Below, piece by piece: positions 47,182 through 56,284 of a stretch of DNA of 64,000 bases (position 1 is its first letter; each line of letters begins with the position of its first letter). The translations under genes and the position numbers were made by a program. The stretch is taken from assembly GCA_016702415.1 (NCBI GenBank), contig JADJEA010000023.1, positions 86,208-150,207 on the forward strand, in the 5' to 3' direction. The DNA is from Nostocoides sp. (GTDB taxonomy: Bacteria; Actinomycetota; Actinomycetes; Actinomycetales; Dermatophilaceae). The notes under the pieces were generated by a model. The model was not told the origin of the DNA and searched no databases. It worked only from the letters and a program-made list of their open reading frames with translations.

Positions 47182-48354
47182 GTGACGAAGCCAGTCGGTG
47201 GCCGGCCCCCCTGCCATCCTGCGCTGGTCTCCTTCGGCACGACGATCTTCGCCGAGATGTCCGCCCTCGCCCAGGCCACCGGCGCGATCAACCTCGGGCA
47301 GGGGTTCCCCGACACCGACGGCCCACCGGAGGTGCTCGCCGCGGCAGTTGCCGCCATCGAGGGTGGGCGCAACCAGTACCCTCCAGGCCCCGGCACGCCC
47401 GAACTCCTCGAGGCGATTGCCGAGCACCAGCGCCGCTTCTACGGGGTCGAGCTTGACCCCCGCAGCGAGATCCTCGTCACCGTGGGCGCGACCGAAGCCA
47501 TCGCCGCGACCATCATGGCCTTGTGCGCCCCGGGGGACGAGGTCGTCACCTTCGAGCCCTACTACGACTCGTATGCCGCCACGATCGCCCTCGCCGGCGC
47601 CACCCGCCGCACGAGCGTCCTTCGCTTTCCCGACTTCGCGGTCGATGAGGGATCGCTGCGGGCGGCCTTCTCGGACCGAACCCGGGTCGTCCTGGTGAAC
47701 ACCCCGCACAATCCCACCGGCAAGGTGTTCTCCCGGGCGGAGTTGGAACTCGTGGCCGCTCTGGCCCGCGAGCACGACGCGTGGGTCGTCACCGATGAGG
47801 TCTACGAGCATCTGACCTTCGGGCCCGCGCACATCCCAATGTCGACGCTGCCCCGAATGGCGGAACGCACCCTGACGATCAGCTCGGGTGGCAAGACGTT
47901 CAGCACGACGGGGTGGAAGGTCGGCTGGGTCAGCGGTCCCGCCGACGCCATCGCGGCGATCCGCGGCGTCAAACAGTTCCTCACCTATGTGGGGTCGGGA
48001 CCTTTTCAGCCCGCGATCGCCCACGGGCTCGGCCTGCCCGACGACCGGTATGCCGCCCTCGCCTCCTCTCTGCGGGCCAAGCGGGACCTGCTCGTGGATG
48101 GTCTCCGGTCGGCCGGGCTCGAGGTCTCGGTTCCCGATGGCACCTATTTCGTGGTCGCCGATGTCGCCTCACTCGGCGTGAGCGACGCGCTGGCGTTCTG
48201 TCGCGACCTGCCCCACCGGGCCGGCGTCGTCGCGATCCCCGTCTCCGTCTTTCACGACGACGTCGAGGCGGGGGCACGCCTCATCCGGTTCGCCTTCTGC
48301 AAACGAGACGATGTGCTCCGGGAGGCGGTCACGCGGCTCGGCCGCCTGCGCTGA
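47182..48354 (+). CDS. class I/II pyridoxal-phosphate-dependent aminotransferase (DapC / kynurenine-aminotransferase-like)
   Basis: INLGQGFPD, NQYPPGPG, VNTPHNPTGKVF, and the PLP-Lys block SSGGKTFSTTGWKVGW. The start (GTG 47182) is uncertain. Confidence 0.88.
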   Translation: MTKPVGGRPPCHPALVSFGTTIFAEMSALAQATGAINLGQGFPDTDGPPEVLAAAVAAIEGGRNQYPPGPGTPELLEAIAEHQRRFYGVELDPRSEILVTVGATEAIAATIMALCAPGDEVVTFEPYYDSYAATIALAGATRRTSVLRFPDFAVDEGSLRAAFSDRTRVVLVNTPHNPTGKVFSRAELELVAALAREHDAWVVTDEVYEHLTFGPAHIPMSTLPRMAERTLTISSGGKTFSTTGWKVGWVSGPADAIAAIRGVKQFLTYVGSGPFQPAIAHGLGLPDDRYAALASSLRAKRDLLVDGLRSAGLEVSVPDGTYFVVADVASLGVSDALAFCRDLPHRAGVVAIPVSVFHDDVEAGARLIRFAFCKRDDVLREAVTRLGRLR

Positions 48355-48359
48355 CCCCT

Positions 48360-48396
48360 CCCGCCCGGCCTGGCCCCGCCCGCCCGGCCTGGCCCC
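48360..48396. repeat. two tandem copies of a 19-bp C-rich unit between convergent genes
   Basis: CGCCCGGCCTGGCCCC occurs at 48362-48377 and again at 48381-48396. Confidence 0.8.
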
Positions 48397-48426
48397 TCTG
48401 CCCTGTCCCGTCCGTCGACACCCGGC

Positions 48427-48999
48427 TCAGCCGCCCGTCGGCAGCAGCACGATCTCGATGGGGGCCAGCAGGAGCAGGGGATCGACATAGTTCCAGGTGC
48501 CGGCACTGTCCCGGCGCAGCGCTCCGAGATGCAGGCACCGAATCGGCAGGCAGTGGCCGCCAGCGAGGTCGAGGCCACCGACGACCTGTCCCCGCGCCAC
48601 CAGGTCACCGACGCGCAGCGTGCTGGTCACCGGCTCGTAGGTGCTCTTGATGTCCCCCGCGTGCAGGATGCTCACCGTTCCGCGCCCGGCGATGACCCCG
48701 ACGTGGGTGACCTCGCCGGCGTCAACGGCCAACACGGTCTCCACGCCGGCCCGCGAGGTGAGATCCACTCCGCGGTGTCCTGGGTTCCACGGGCGCGGGG
48801 GTGGATCGAACGCGTGCACGACCCGCGGGGCCGGCCACAGGGGCCACGCCCAGACGGGGCGGCCGCGGCTGGCGTCGCTGCCCGCGGGTCGTGCACTCGC
48901 CGCCATGGTGGGGAGGGGTCCGGCCACGGCGGCGTCACTCGCGACACCAGCGACGGTGACCGCGAGGGCGAAGGAGGCAATAGCACGCAACGGAGTCAT
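48427..48999 (-). CDS. M23-family (LytM-like) peptidase, secreted
   Basis: ATG 48999 is in the frame of ORF 48427..49143. It has a signal peptide (MTPLRAIASFALAVTVAGVA), PGHRGVDL, and the C-terminal block GGHCLPIRCLHLGALR...YVDPLLLL. Confidence 0.85.
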   Translation of the reverse strand: MTPLRAIASFALAVTVAGVASDAAVAGPLPTMAASARPAGSDASRGRPVWAWPLWPAPRVVHAFDPPPRPWNPGHRGVDLTSRAGVETVLAVDAGEVTHVGVIAGRGTVSILHAGDIKSTYEPVTSTLRVGDLVARGQVVGGLDLAGGHCLPIRCLHLGALRRDSAGTWNYVDPLLLLAPIEIVLLPTGG

Positions 49000-49129
49000 T
49001 CGGCAACGATGGCTCGGAGCACCGGAGGGGGCCAGCGCACCGGCAATACCCTGTGGACGAAGCCGGATCCTTGGGTCACGCCACTCTGTGGACAAGTGGG
49101 TTGTCGGGGGCCTCGGGGATACTTCCGGG

Positions 49130-49924
49130 ATGACCATTCCCATCGGCGCCCACGTCCCGCAGGAGGACCCGCTCGAGGAGGCGAGAGCACGGCATACGAC
49201 CGTCGTGCAGTTCTTTCTCGGCTCCCCGCAGAGTTACCAGGGCCCCGTGGTGGCGTATGCCGCGGGCCCGGCCGCCCTTGCCGCCGACGCAGCGGCGGCC
49301 GGGATCGACCTCTACGTCCACGCTCCTTACATCGTCAATGTCGCCACGACCAACAACCGCATCCGCATCCCCAGCCGCAAACTCCTCCAACAGCACATGG
49401 ATGCGGCGGCGGCCATCGGTGCCAAGGGCCTGATCGTCCACGGGGGACATCTCGACAAGGGGGTGGATCCGGCAACCGGCTACGACAACTGGCGCAAGGC
49501 GATCGAGGCCACCGACCTTCGCATCCCCCTGCTCCTGGAAAACACCGCCGGCGGCGACAATGCGATGGCCCGCCACATGGACCGGATCGCCGGGGTGTGG
49601 GATGCGATCGCGGGCGCGGCGGGCGGGGATCAGGTCGGCTTCTGCCTCGACACCTGCCACGCGTGGGCCGGCGGCATCGCGCTCGACTCGGCCGTCGAGA
49701 AGATCCGCGGCATCACCGGCCGGATCGACCTCGTCCATGCCAACGACAGCCGAGACGGATTCGGGTCGGGGGCCGATCGGCATACGAACTTCGGGGCGGG
49801 CCAGATCGACCAGGCGGGCTTCGTCGACCTCGTCCGCGCCGCCGGGGCACCGGTGATCTGCGAAACCCCCGGCGGCCCGGCGGAGCACCTGGCCGACTTC
49901 GGCTGGCTCCGCGAGCGCCTCTGA
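49130..49924 (+). CDS. nfo: deoxyribonuclease IV (endonuclease IV, TIM-barrel AP endonuclease)
   Basis: ATG 49130 is in the frame of ORF 48641..49924. Matching segments are [34 protein letters not shown] and VHANDS. Confidence 0.88.
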   Translation: MTIPIGAHVPQEDPLEEARARHTTVVQFFLGSPQSYQGPVVAYAAGPAALAADAAAAGIDLYVHAPYIVNVATTNNRIRIPSRKLLQQHMDAAAAIGAKGLIVHGGHLDKGVDPATGYDNWRKAIEATDLRIPLLLENTAGGDNAMARHMDRIAGVWDAIAGAAGGDQVGFCLDTCHAWAGGIALDSAVEKIRGITGRIDLVHANDSRDGFGSGADRHTNFGAGQIDQAGFVDLVRAAGAPVICETPGGPAEHLADFGWLRERL

Positions 49925-50017
49925 TCGATCCAGTCCCCGGTGTCGATCGACTCGGACCGAGCGGGCGCTCGCCGCGCGCGTCCGATGGGCGATTGGCCCC
50001 GCCCCGGCACCCCGGGC

Positions 50018-50053
50018 TAGACTGAGGGGCACGACCAGCTTCGGCTGGTCGAA
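50018..50053 (+). terminator. nested stem-loop downstream of nfo (outer stem GGCACG/CGTGCC, inner ACCAGC-TTCG-GCTGGT)
   Basis: Read directly. It is followed by TTCTC and lies within the long rpsB upstream region. Confidence 0.35.
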
Positions 50054-50234
50054 TTCGCGTGCCTTCTCACCGGTTGACGACTGCGGTCCGATCCGGGGCG
50101 CACCACATCGGTCCGCGTTCGCGTCAGCGATCGCCGCGGGGTGCGTATGCCGGCACCAGGCAGGCCGCCGACCCGCCCCTCGGGGCGCCAGGCGACCGAC
50201 GGAACTGACACAACGACATAAGGGAGAACACGGC

Positions 50235-51299
50235 ATGGCCGTCGTCACCATGCGCCAGCTCCTCGAGAGCGGCGTCCACTTCGGGCACCAGACCCGTCGC
50301 TGGAACCCGAAGATGAAGCGCTTCATCATGACCGAGCGCAACGGGATCTACATCATCGACCTCCAGCAGTCGATCACCTATATCAACTCGGCGTACGAGT
50401 TCGTCCGCGAGACCGTCGCCCACGGCGGGTCCATCCTCTTCGTCGGCACCAAGAAGCAGGCGCAGGAGCCCGTCGCCGAGCAGGCGACCCGGGTCGGTAT
50501 GCCGTATGTCAACCACCGCTGGCTCGGTGGCATGCTCACCAACTTCACGACGATCTCCAAGCGGCTGGCCCGCCTGAAGGAGCTCGAGGAGATCAACTTC
50601 GACCAGGTCGCCGGGTCCGGCTACACCAAGAAGGAACTCCTCATCCTCCAGCGCGAGAAGGACAAGCTGGAGAAGACCCTCGGCGGCATCCGCGACATGA
50701 GCAAGGTCCCGTCGGCGATCTGGGTCGTCGACACCAAGAAGGAGCACCTCGCGGTCGATGAGGCCAAGAAGCTCGGGCTGCCGGTCATCGCGATTCTCGA
50801 CACCAACTGCGACCCCGACGAGGTCGACTACAAGATCCCCGGCAACGACGACGCGATCCGCTCGGTCACCCTGCTGACCCGGGTGATCGCCGATGCCGTC
50901 GCCGACGGTCTCATCCAGCGCAGCCAGGCCCGCGCCAACGCCGGCGCGAGCGCCGAGGCCACCGGTGTCGCCGCCGACGAGCCGCTGACCGAGTGGGAGC
51001 GCGAACTCCTCGGTGCGGACGCGGTCGCCGCCGCGGAGGCGAGTGACGCGGTGGAGTCCGCGGATGTCGCCACCGAGGAGGCCGCCGCTCCTGAGTCCAC
51101 CGCTCCTGAGTCCGACGCCGCGGAACCGGCCGCCCCCGAGGCCGAGTCGGCCGTCGACGCTCCTGCCGCCGACGCCGCGCCCGCTGAGGCCGACACCGCG
51201 ACCGCCACCGAGACCACCGAGACCACCGAGTCCGCCGAGGTGACCGAGGCGGCCGCCCCCGTCGCGGAGGCCGCTGCCGAGACGTCGCCCGAGGCCTGA
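50235..51299 (+). CDS. rpsB: 30S ribosomal protein S2 (with ~100-aa Ala/Glu/Pro-rich C-terminal tail)
   Basis: [31 protein letters not shown]... Confidence 0.97.
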   Translation: MAVVTMRQLLESGVHFGHQTRRWNPKMKRFIMTERNGIYIIDLQQSITYINSAYEFVRETVAHGGSILFVGTKKQAQEPVAEQATRVGMPYVNHRWLGGMLTNFTTISKRLARLKELEEINFDQVAGSGYTKKELLILQREKDKLEKTLGGIRDMSKVPSAIWVVDTKKEHLAVDEAKKLGLPVIAILDTNCDPDEVDYKIPGNDDAIRSVTLLTRVIADAVADGLIQRSQARANAGASAEATGVAADEPLTEWERELLGADAVAAAEASDAVESADVATEEAAAPESTAPESDAAEPAAPEAESAVDAPAADAAPAEADTATATETTETTESAEVTEAAAPVAEAAAETSPEA

Positions 51300-51338
51300 C
51301 CGCCGCCGAACCGAACGAAAGAGAAGGCACGCATACAC

Positions 51339-52166
51339 ATGGCGAACTACACCGCCGCTGACATCAAGGCGCTGCGCGAGAAGACCGCCGCCGGGATGAT
51401 GGACGTCAAGAAGGCCCTCGACGAGGCCGACGGCGACATGGCCAAGGCCGAGGAGATCCTGCGCGTCAAGGGACTCAAGGGCGTCACCAAGCGCGAGGGC
51501 CGGGCGACCTCCAACGGACTCGTGCGGGCCCAGGCCGCCGACGGCGTGGGCACGATGGTCGAGGTCCTCTGCGAGACCGACTTCGTCGCCAAGGGCGAGC
51601 GGTTCGGTGCCCTGGCCGACCAGGTCATGGCCCAGGCCGTTGCGACCGGGGCGACCGACGCCGCCGCCCTCCTGGCCAGCGAGATCGACGGCAAGTCGGT
51701 GCAGGAACTCCTCGACGAGGCCAACGCGACGATCGGCGAGAAGATCGAGGTCAAGCGGGTCGCCCGCCTCGAGGGTGAGCACGTCGTGGCCTACCTCCAC
51801 AAGACGAGCCCGGACCTGCCCCCCCAGATCGGCGTTCTGGTCGCGACGGCGGGTGGCGATGAGATCGTCGCTCGCGACGTGGCGATGCATGTCGCCGCCT
51901 TTGCGCCGGCGGTCCTGAGCCGGGGCGACGTCTCCGAGGAGACGATCGCCCACGAACGCAAGGTCGCCGAGGACACCGCCCGCGAGGAGGGCAAGCCGGA
52001 AGCCGCGCTCGCCCGGATCGTCGAGGGCCGGGTCAACGGCTACTTCAAGGAGAAGGTCCTCCTCGAGCAGGCGTTCGCCAAGGACCAGAAGAAGACCGTC
52101 GCCGCCGTCCTCAACGAGGCCGGAGCCGCAGCCACCGGCTTCGCTCGGTTCAAGGTCGGCGTCTGA
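51339..52166 (+). CDS. tsf: translation elongation factor Ts
   Basis: AADIKALREKTAAGMMDVKKALDEADGDMAKAEEILR... Confidence 0.97.
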   Translation: MANYTAADIKALREKTAAGMMDVKKALDEADGDMAKAEEILRVKGLKGVTKREGRATSNGLVRAQAADGVGTMVEVLCETDFVAKGERFGALADQVMAQAVATGATDAAALLASEIDGKSVQELLDEANATIGEKIEVKRVARLEGEHVVAYLHKTSPDLPPQIGVLVATAGGDEIVARDVAMHVAAFAPAVLSRGDVSEETIAHERKVAEDTAREEGKPEAALARIVEGRVNGYFKEKVLLEQAFAKDQKKTVAAVLNEAGAAATGFARFKVGV

Positions 52167-52175
52167 TCGACCACT

Positions 52176-52216
52176 GACGTATGCCGCGCGCCCCCAGGGG
52201 GTGCGCGGCATACGTC
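52176..52216. terminator. long hairpin between convergent tsf and the ATL gene, built from an inverted pair of the over-represented 8-mer
   Basis: GACGTATGCCGCGCGCCCCC / GGGGGTGCGCGGCATACGTC. GTATGCCG lies at 52179-52186 and CGGCATAC at 52206-52213. Confidence 0.7.
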
Positions 52217-52240
52217 TGTCTGGGGGTCGTTTCCGGTGGT

Positions 52241-52582
52241 TCAGCCGCGCGGCAGGTCGGCCACGGCGAGTTCCCACGCCCGGGCCAGCGCCTCCAGATC
52301 GGCGCGGTGGTCGGCGATCCGGCACCCGTGCCCCCCGGGTTTCGCCGCGATGCCTTCCCGCGCCCACGCGACCCGGGCCTCGTCCAGCAACGCCTGCGGC
52401 AGGTCGCCGGCGGCATTGGTCACCCGCCACCAGGGCACGGTGCTCCCGTAGGCCTGCATCACCCACCCGACCTGGCGAGGTCCGATGCCGACGACCCCAC
52501 CGATATCGCCGTATGCCGCGACCCGCCCCCGCGGGATCGCCTCCACCGCGCGGAGCACGCGCTCGACGGCAACCTCGTCCAC
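52241..52582 (-). CDS. MGMT-family DNA-binding protein lacking the acceptor cysteine (alkyltransferase-like, ATL)
   Basis: RVLRAVEAIPRGRVAAYGDIGGVVG...VPWWRVTNAAGDL. The PCHR active-site motif is replaced by PWWR. Confidence 0.75.
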   Translation of the reverse strand: MDEVAVERVLRAVEAIPRGRVAAYGDIGGVVGIGPRQVGWVMQAYGSTVPWWRVTNAAGDLPQALLDEARVAWAREGIAAKPGGHGCRIADHRADLEALARAWELAVADLPRG

Positions 52583-52638
52583 GAGGCAGCAGTCTGCCCT
52601 GCCACCGGGCGTGCGGCGGACCCGCCGCCCTGGCGTTG

Positions 52639-53106
52639 TCAGCCGCGTTGCCCGGAGCGGGCATCACGGGCGAGCACGAGCCCGCCGCCGACTGCCAACA
52701 CCACCGTCACCGTCAACCATCCCCAGGGAACGCCCAACGACCGGCACGGATTGACCTGATCGGCCGCGGAGGAGCCGGAGGAGCCGGAGCATGTCGATGC
52801 GCTGGACCAGCGCATCGTCCAGGCGATCCAGCCGGTCAGGATCGCGCCGCCGAGCAGGCCACCGGCGCGGGCGTGCGGGGCATGATGAGCCAAGAGGGCC
52901 CAGATGAGCCCCAGCGCAACGGGGAGGACGAAGGGCCCGATCGTGAGCATTCCCAGAACGGACAGCGTCAGGAGCAGGCCCGCGAGAATCCAGCCGAGCA
53001 GGCCCGGCACGCTGACGCCCCGGGAGCGGGAATCGGGCGTCCGGAGGCCGGGAACCTGAGGATCGGGCACCTGAGGATCGGGTCGCGGGGGAGGGGCGCC
53101 GGTCAT
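52639..53106 (-). CDS. hypothetical membrane protein (155 aa, ~4 TM)
   Basis: ATG 53106 overlaps the TetR stop (ATGA). The N-terminus has the repeat PDPQVPDPQVP, followed by hydrophobic segments. Confidence 0.55.
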   Translation of the reverse strand: MTGAPPPRPDPQVPDPQVPGLRTPDSRSRGVSVPGLLGWILAGLLLTLSVLGMLTIGPFVLPVALGLIWALLAHHAPHARAGGLLGGAILTGWIAWTMRWSSASTCSGSSGSSAADQVNPCRSLGVPWGWLTVTVVLAVGGGLVLARDARSGQRG

Positions 53107-53753
53107 GGGGACTCCGTTCGGCGGGCGGTGACCAGGAGGGTGAGAAGGGCGACGGCACCCGTGGCCTCGTCGAGGATGCGGCCGGGGGTCTCCCGATCGC
53201 CGCTGACATGGGCGAGCAACTCCAGGCCGAGGATTCCCGCGACGACCGCGTGGGCGAGATCCGGCACGGGGGCAAGTCGGGCGATCGGACCCTCGGGTAG
53301 GGCCGTGGCCACGGCTCGCTCGGCGAACTCCTGCCACGGATGCAGTCGCGCCATGACCTCCGCATCGAGCCCGGGGACGAGCCTCGCGCCGGCCAGCATC
53401 TCGACCAGCACGGTGACATCGCCGGAGTCGAGGTCGGCCCGGATGATGTCGGCCGCGGCATCGAGCAGATCGCCGATATCCCGCGCGTCGCTGACCAAAC
53501 CGTCGAATGCCGCGCGCCTCCGTTGCGACGCGGCGTCCAGGGCGGCCAGGAGCACACCGGCGACGGATCCAAAGTGATAGAAGACCTGGCTCTGGCGGCA
53601 CCCCGCGCGCCGGGCAATCTCCCGCGCGCTGGCCCCGGCGAACCCGACCTCCTGGAGCGCGGCGGTGGCGGCCTCGACGAGGGCAGCGCGGGTCGCCATA
53701 CCGCGTGGGTCCGCGGCGCGCCCTGCCGACCCCGCGCCTCCCGACTTGGCCAC
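53103..53753 (-). CDS. TetR/AcrR family transcriptional regulator
   Basis: HTH region AALQEVGFAGASAREIARRAGCRQSQVFYHFGS. The start is uncertain (GTG 53753 or ATG 53699). Confidence 0.8.
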   Translation of the reverse strand: MAKSGGAGSAGRAADPRGMATRAALVEAATAALQEVGFAGASAREIARRAGCRQSQVFYHFGSVAGVLLAALDAASQRRRAAFDGLVSDARDIGDLLDAAADIIRADLDSGDVTVLVEMLAGARLVPGLDAEVMARLHPWQEFAERAVATALPEGPIARLAPVPDLAHAVVAGILGLELLAHVSGDRETPGRILDEATGAVALLTLLVTARRTESP

Positions 53754-53783
53754 CGGACCCTCCTCCAAAGATGCGAGCGAATG

Positions 53784-53803
53784 ATTTGAGCATCCGCTCA
53801 AAT
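53784..53803. promoter_or_regulatory. perfect inverted repeat ATTTGAGC-ATCC-GCTCAAAT in the TetR / pyrH divergent region; candidate TetR operator
   Basis: Read directly. It lies in an AT-rich patch (ATGATTTGAGCATCCGCTCAAATAATAG). Confidence 0.5.
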
Positions 53804-53904
53804 AATAGCCACGTCGTCGGTCCGGCACCAGGGGTGTGGGAAGATCTGTGGCGATCCCCGACCCGACCGCGACCCGGCGGGTCCCCCCTGCGCGAAGGAC
53901 CGAC

Positions 53905-54723
53905 GTGACCACGAGCCCGGCAGCCACGGCAACGACGACGCCCCCCACCGACCCGAGCGGTTCACGCGACGAGACACCCGACGGCGGTGCCCCCTCCTCG
54001 GTCCCGATCCACGGGGAGTACCGGCGGGTCCTGCTCAAGCTTTCGGGCGAGGTCTTCGGCGGCGGGCGCGTCGGCCTCGACCCCGAGGTCGTCCGCGGCA
54101 TCGCCCACCAGATCGCTCTCGCCGTCCACGAGGGCATCCAGGTCGCTGTCGTCATCGGCGGCGGCAACTTCTTCCGTGGTGCCGAACTCCAGCAGAAGGG
54201 CATGGACCGCACCCGCGCCGACTACATGGGGATGCTCGGCACCGTGATGAATTGCCTTGCCCTGCAAGACTTCCTGGAGCATGAAGGGGTCGACACGCGC
54301 GTCCAGACGGCCATCACGATGGGTCAGGTCGCCGAGCCCTATATCCCCCGCCGGGCGATCCGCCATCTCGAGAAGGGCCGGCTCGTCATCTTCGGTGCCG
54401 GGGCCGGTATGCCGTTCTTCTCCACCGACACCGTCAGCGCCCAGCGCGCTCTGGAGATCAAGTGCGACGCGGTGCTCATGTCCAAGAGCGGCGTCGACGG
54501 GGTCTACGACAGCGATCCCCGGACCAACCCGGACGCGCGGAAGTTCGACAAGGTGACCTATCAGGAGGCCCTCCAGCGCGGCCTCAAGGTTGTCGACGCC
54601 GCGGCCTTCAGCCTCTGCATGGACAACGGTCTCGACATGATCGTCTTCGGGATGGAGGGTGAGGGCAATATCACCCGTGCCGTCCGCGGCGACCGAATCG
54701 GGACCCTCGTCACGGCCGGGTGA
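53905..54723 (+). CDS. pyrH: UMP kinase
   Basis: [37 protein letters not shown] and [13 protein letters not shown], in ORF 53836..54723. The start is uncertain (GTG 53836, 53848 or 53905). Confidence 0.92.
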   Translation: MTTSPAATATTTPPTDPSGSRDETPDGGAPSSVPIHGEYRRVLLKLSGEVFGGGRVGLDPEVVRGIAHQIALAVHEGIQVAVVIGGGNFFRGAELQQKGMDRTRADYMGMLGTVMNCLALQDFLEHEGVDTRVQTAITMGQVAEPYIPRRAIRHLEKGRLVIFGAGAGMPFFSTDTVSAQRALEIKCDAVLMSKSGVDGVYDSDPRTNPDARKFDKVTYQEALQRGLKVVDAAAFSLCMDNGLDMIVFGMEGEGNITRAVRGDRIGTLVTAG

Positions 54724-54804
54724 CCGGGCACGATCTCGGGAGATGTCACACTTTGCGCAGGTGCCCTCCGCGGCGGCGCGCCCTACGACGGAACGGAGTT
54801 GTTG

Positions 54805-55362
54805 ATGATCGAGGAGATCCTGCTCGAGACCGAGTTGAAGATGGAGCGAGCCATCGAGGTGGTCAAGGAGGACTTCGCCGGCATCCGGACCGGACGGGCC
54901 AACCCCTCGATGTTTGCCAAGCTCATGGTCGAGTACTACGGCGCGCCGACCCCCTTGCAGCAACTGGCCTCCTTCACCGTTCCGGAGGCTCGCGTCATGC
55001 TGATCAACCCCTTCGACAAGGGCTCGATGCGCGCCATCGAAAAGGCCTTGCGGGACAGCGACTTCGGCGCCAACCCGAGCAATGACGGCCAGGTCATCCG
55101 GATCGTGCTTCCCGAGTTGACCCAGGAGCGGCGCCGCGAATACATCAAGATCGCCAAGCACAAGGGCGAGGACGCCAAGATCGCGATCCGCAATGTCCGC
55201 CGGCACGCCATGCACGACATCGACAAGCTCATCAAGGACGGCGACGTCGGCGAGGACGACGGCAAGCGCGGCGAGAAAGAACTCGACGTGACCACCAAGA
55301 GGTATGTCGAGCAGGTGGACGACCTCTTGAAGAACAAGGAAGCCGAACTCCTCGAGGTCTGA
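54805..55362 (+). CDS. frr: ribosome recycling factor
   Basis: MIEEILLETELKMERAIEVVKEDFAGIRTGRANPSMF... Confidence 0.95.
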   Translation: MIEEILLETELKMERAIEVVKEDFAGIRTGRANPSMFAKLMVEYYGAPTPLQQLASFTVPEARVMLINPFDKGSMRAIEKALRDSDFGANPSNDGQVIRIVLPELTQERRREYIKIAKHKGEDAKIAIRNVRRHAMHDIDKLIKDGDVGEDDGKRGEKELDVTTKRYVEQVDDLLKNKEAELLEV

Positions 55363-55372
55363 CCCCACCCGC

Positions 55373-56284
55373 ATGAGCGACCCTGCGATCCGGGCGGAGA
55401 ACCCGGCCCCCGAGCCGATCGGGGCCGGCCCCTCGGCATACCCCCCGGCCATGTCCGCCGCGACGGCGCCACCCTCGCGCGCTGGACGCAACCTCGGGCA
55501 GGCGATCGCCGTCGGTGTCGCGCTCGCCGCCCTGGTCCTGGGGACGCTGGCGATCGAGAAGGACTGGTTCGGCTATGTCATCGCGGCGGCGATGGCCGTC
55601 GGGGCCTGGGAGATGCGACAGGCGCTGGCGCACAGGGATATTCACATCCCGCTGGTCCCCGTCGCCCTGGGGTCGGTCTTGATGATCCTCGGCGCGCAGG
55701 CCCAGGGTGCCGAGTCTCTCGTCATCGCCTTCGGCCTGACCGCGCTGGCGATCGTCGCGTGGCGCTTGCTCGACGGTGTGCAGGGAGCCGCCGCCGACTG
55801 TGCCGGCGGCATCCTCGTCGCCCTCTATCCCGGTTTCCTCGGCGGGTTCGCGGCGATGATGCTCGCCGAGACCGACGGTCTGGCGCGCACCGTCGTCTTC
55901 ATCCTCACGACGGTCTGTTCCGACATCGGGGGGTATGCCGCGGGCGTCCGCTTCGGACGCCATCCCATGGCCCCGCGGTTGTCGCCGAAGAAGTCGTGGG
56001 AGGGGTTCGCCGGGTCTGTCGGCGCGTGCGCCATCGCCGGGGGTGCCTCGGTGGCGCTGCTCCTGCATGGGTCGTGGATCGGGGGAGCCGGTCTCGGGGT
56101 GCTGGTTGCCTGCTGCGCCACGGTCGGCGACCTCATGGAGTCGAGCATCAAGCGGGACCTGGGCATCAAGGACATGTCGAATCTCCTTCCCGGACATGGC
56201 GGCCTGATGGACCGACTCGACTCGTTGGTGATGACTGCCCCGGTCTGTTGGGCCCTCCTCCTCCTGCTCGCCCCGGTCTCGTGA
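55373..56284 (+). CDS. cdsA: phosphatidate cytidylyltransferase
   Basis: Polytopic product with the CDS signature [28 protein letters not shown]. Confidence 0.93.
   Translation: MSDPAIRAENPAPEPIGAGPSAYPPAMSAATAPPSRAGRNLGQAIAVGVALAALVLGTLAIEKDWFGYVIAAAMAVGAWEMRQALAHRDIHIPLVPVALGSVLMILGAQAQGAESLVIAFGLTALAIVAWRLLDGVQGAAADCAGGILVALYPGFLGGFAAMMLAETDGLARTVVFILTTVCSDIGGYAAGVRFGRHPMAPRLSPKKSWEGFAGSVGACAIAGGASVALLLHGSWIGGAGLGVLVACCATVGDLMESSIKRDLGIKDMSNLLPGHGGLMDRLDSLVMTAPVCWALLLLLAPVS

Noticed and set aside
49000-49129. ydaO (cyclic-di-AMP) riboswitch upstream of the M23 peptidase gene, as found before some actinobacterial cell-wall hydrolases
   Set aside because: The 130-nt region shows none of the conserved ydaO core segments that I can recall. 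It must also hold the divergent nfo promoter.
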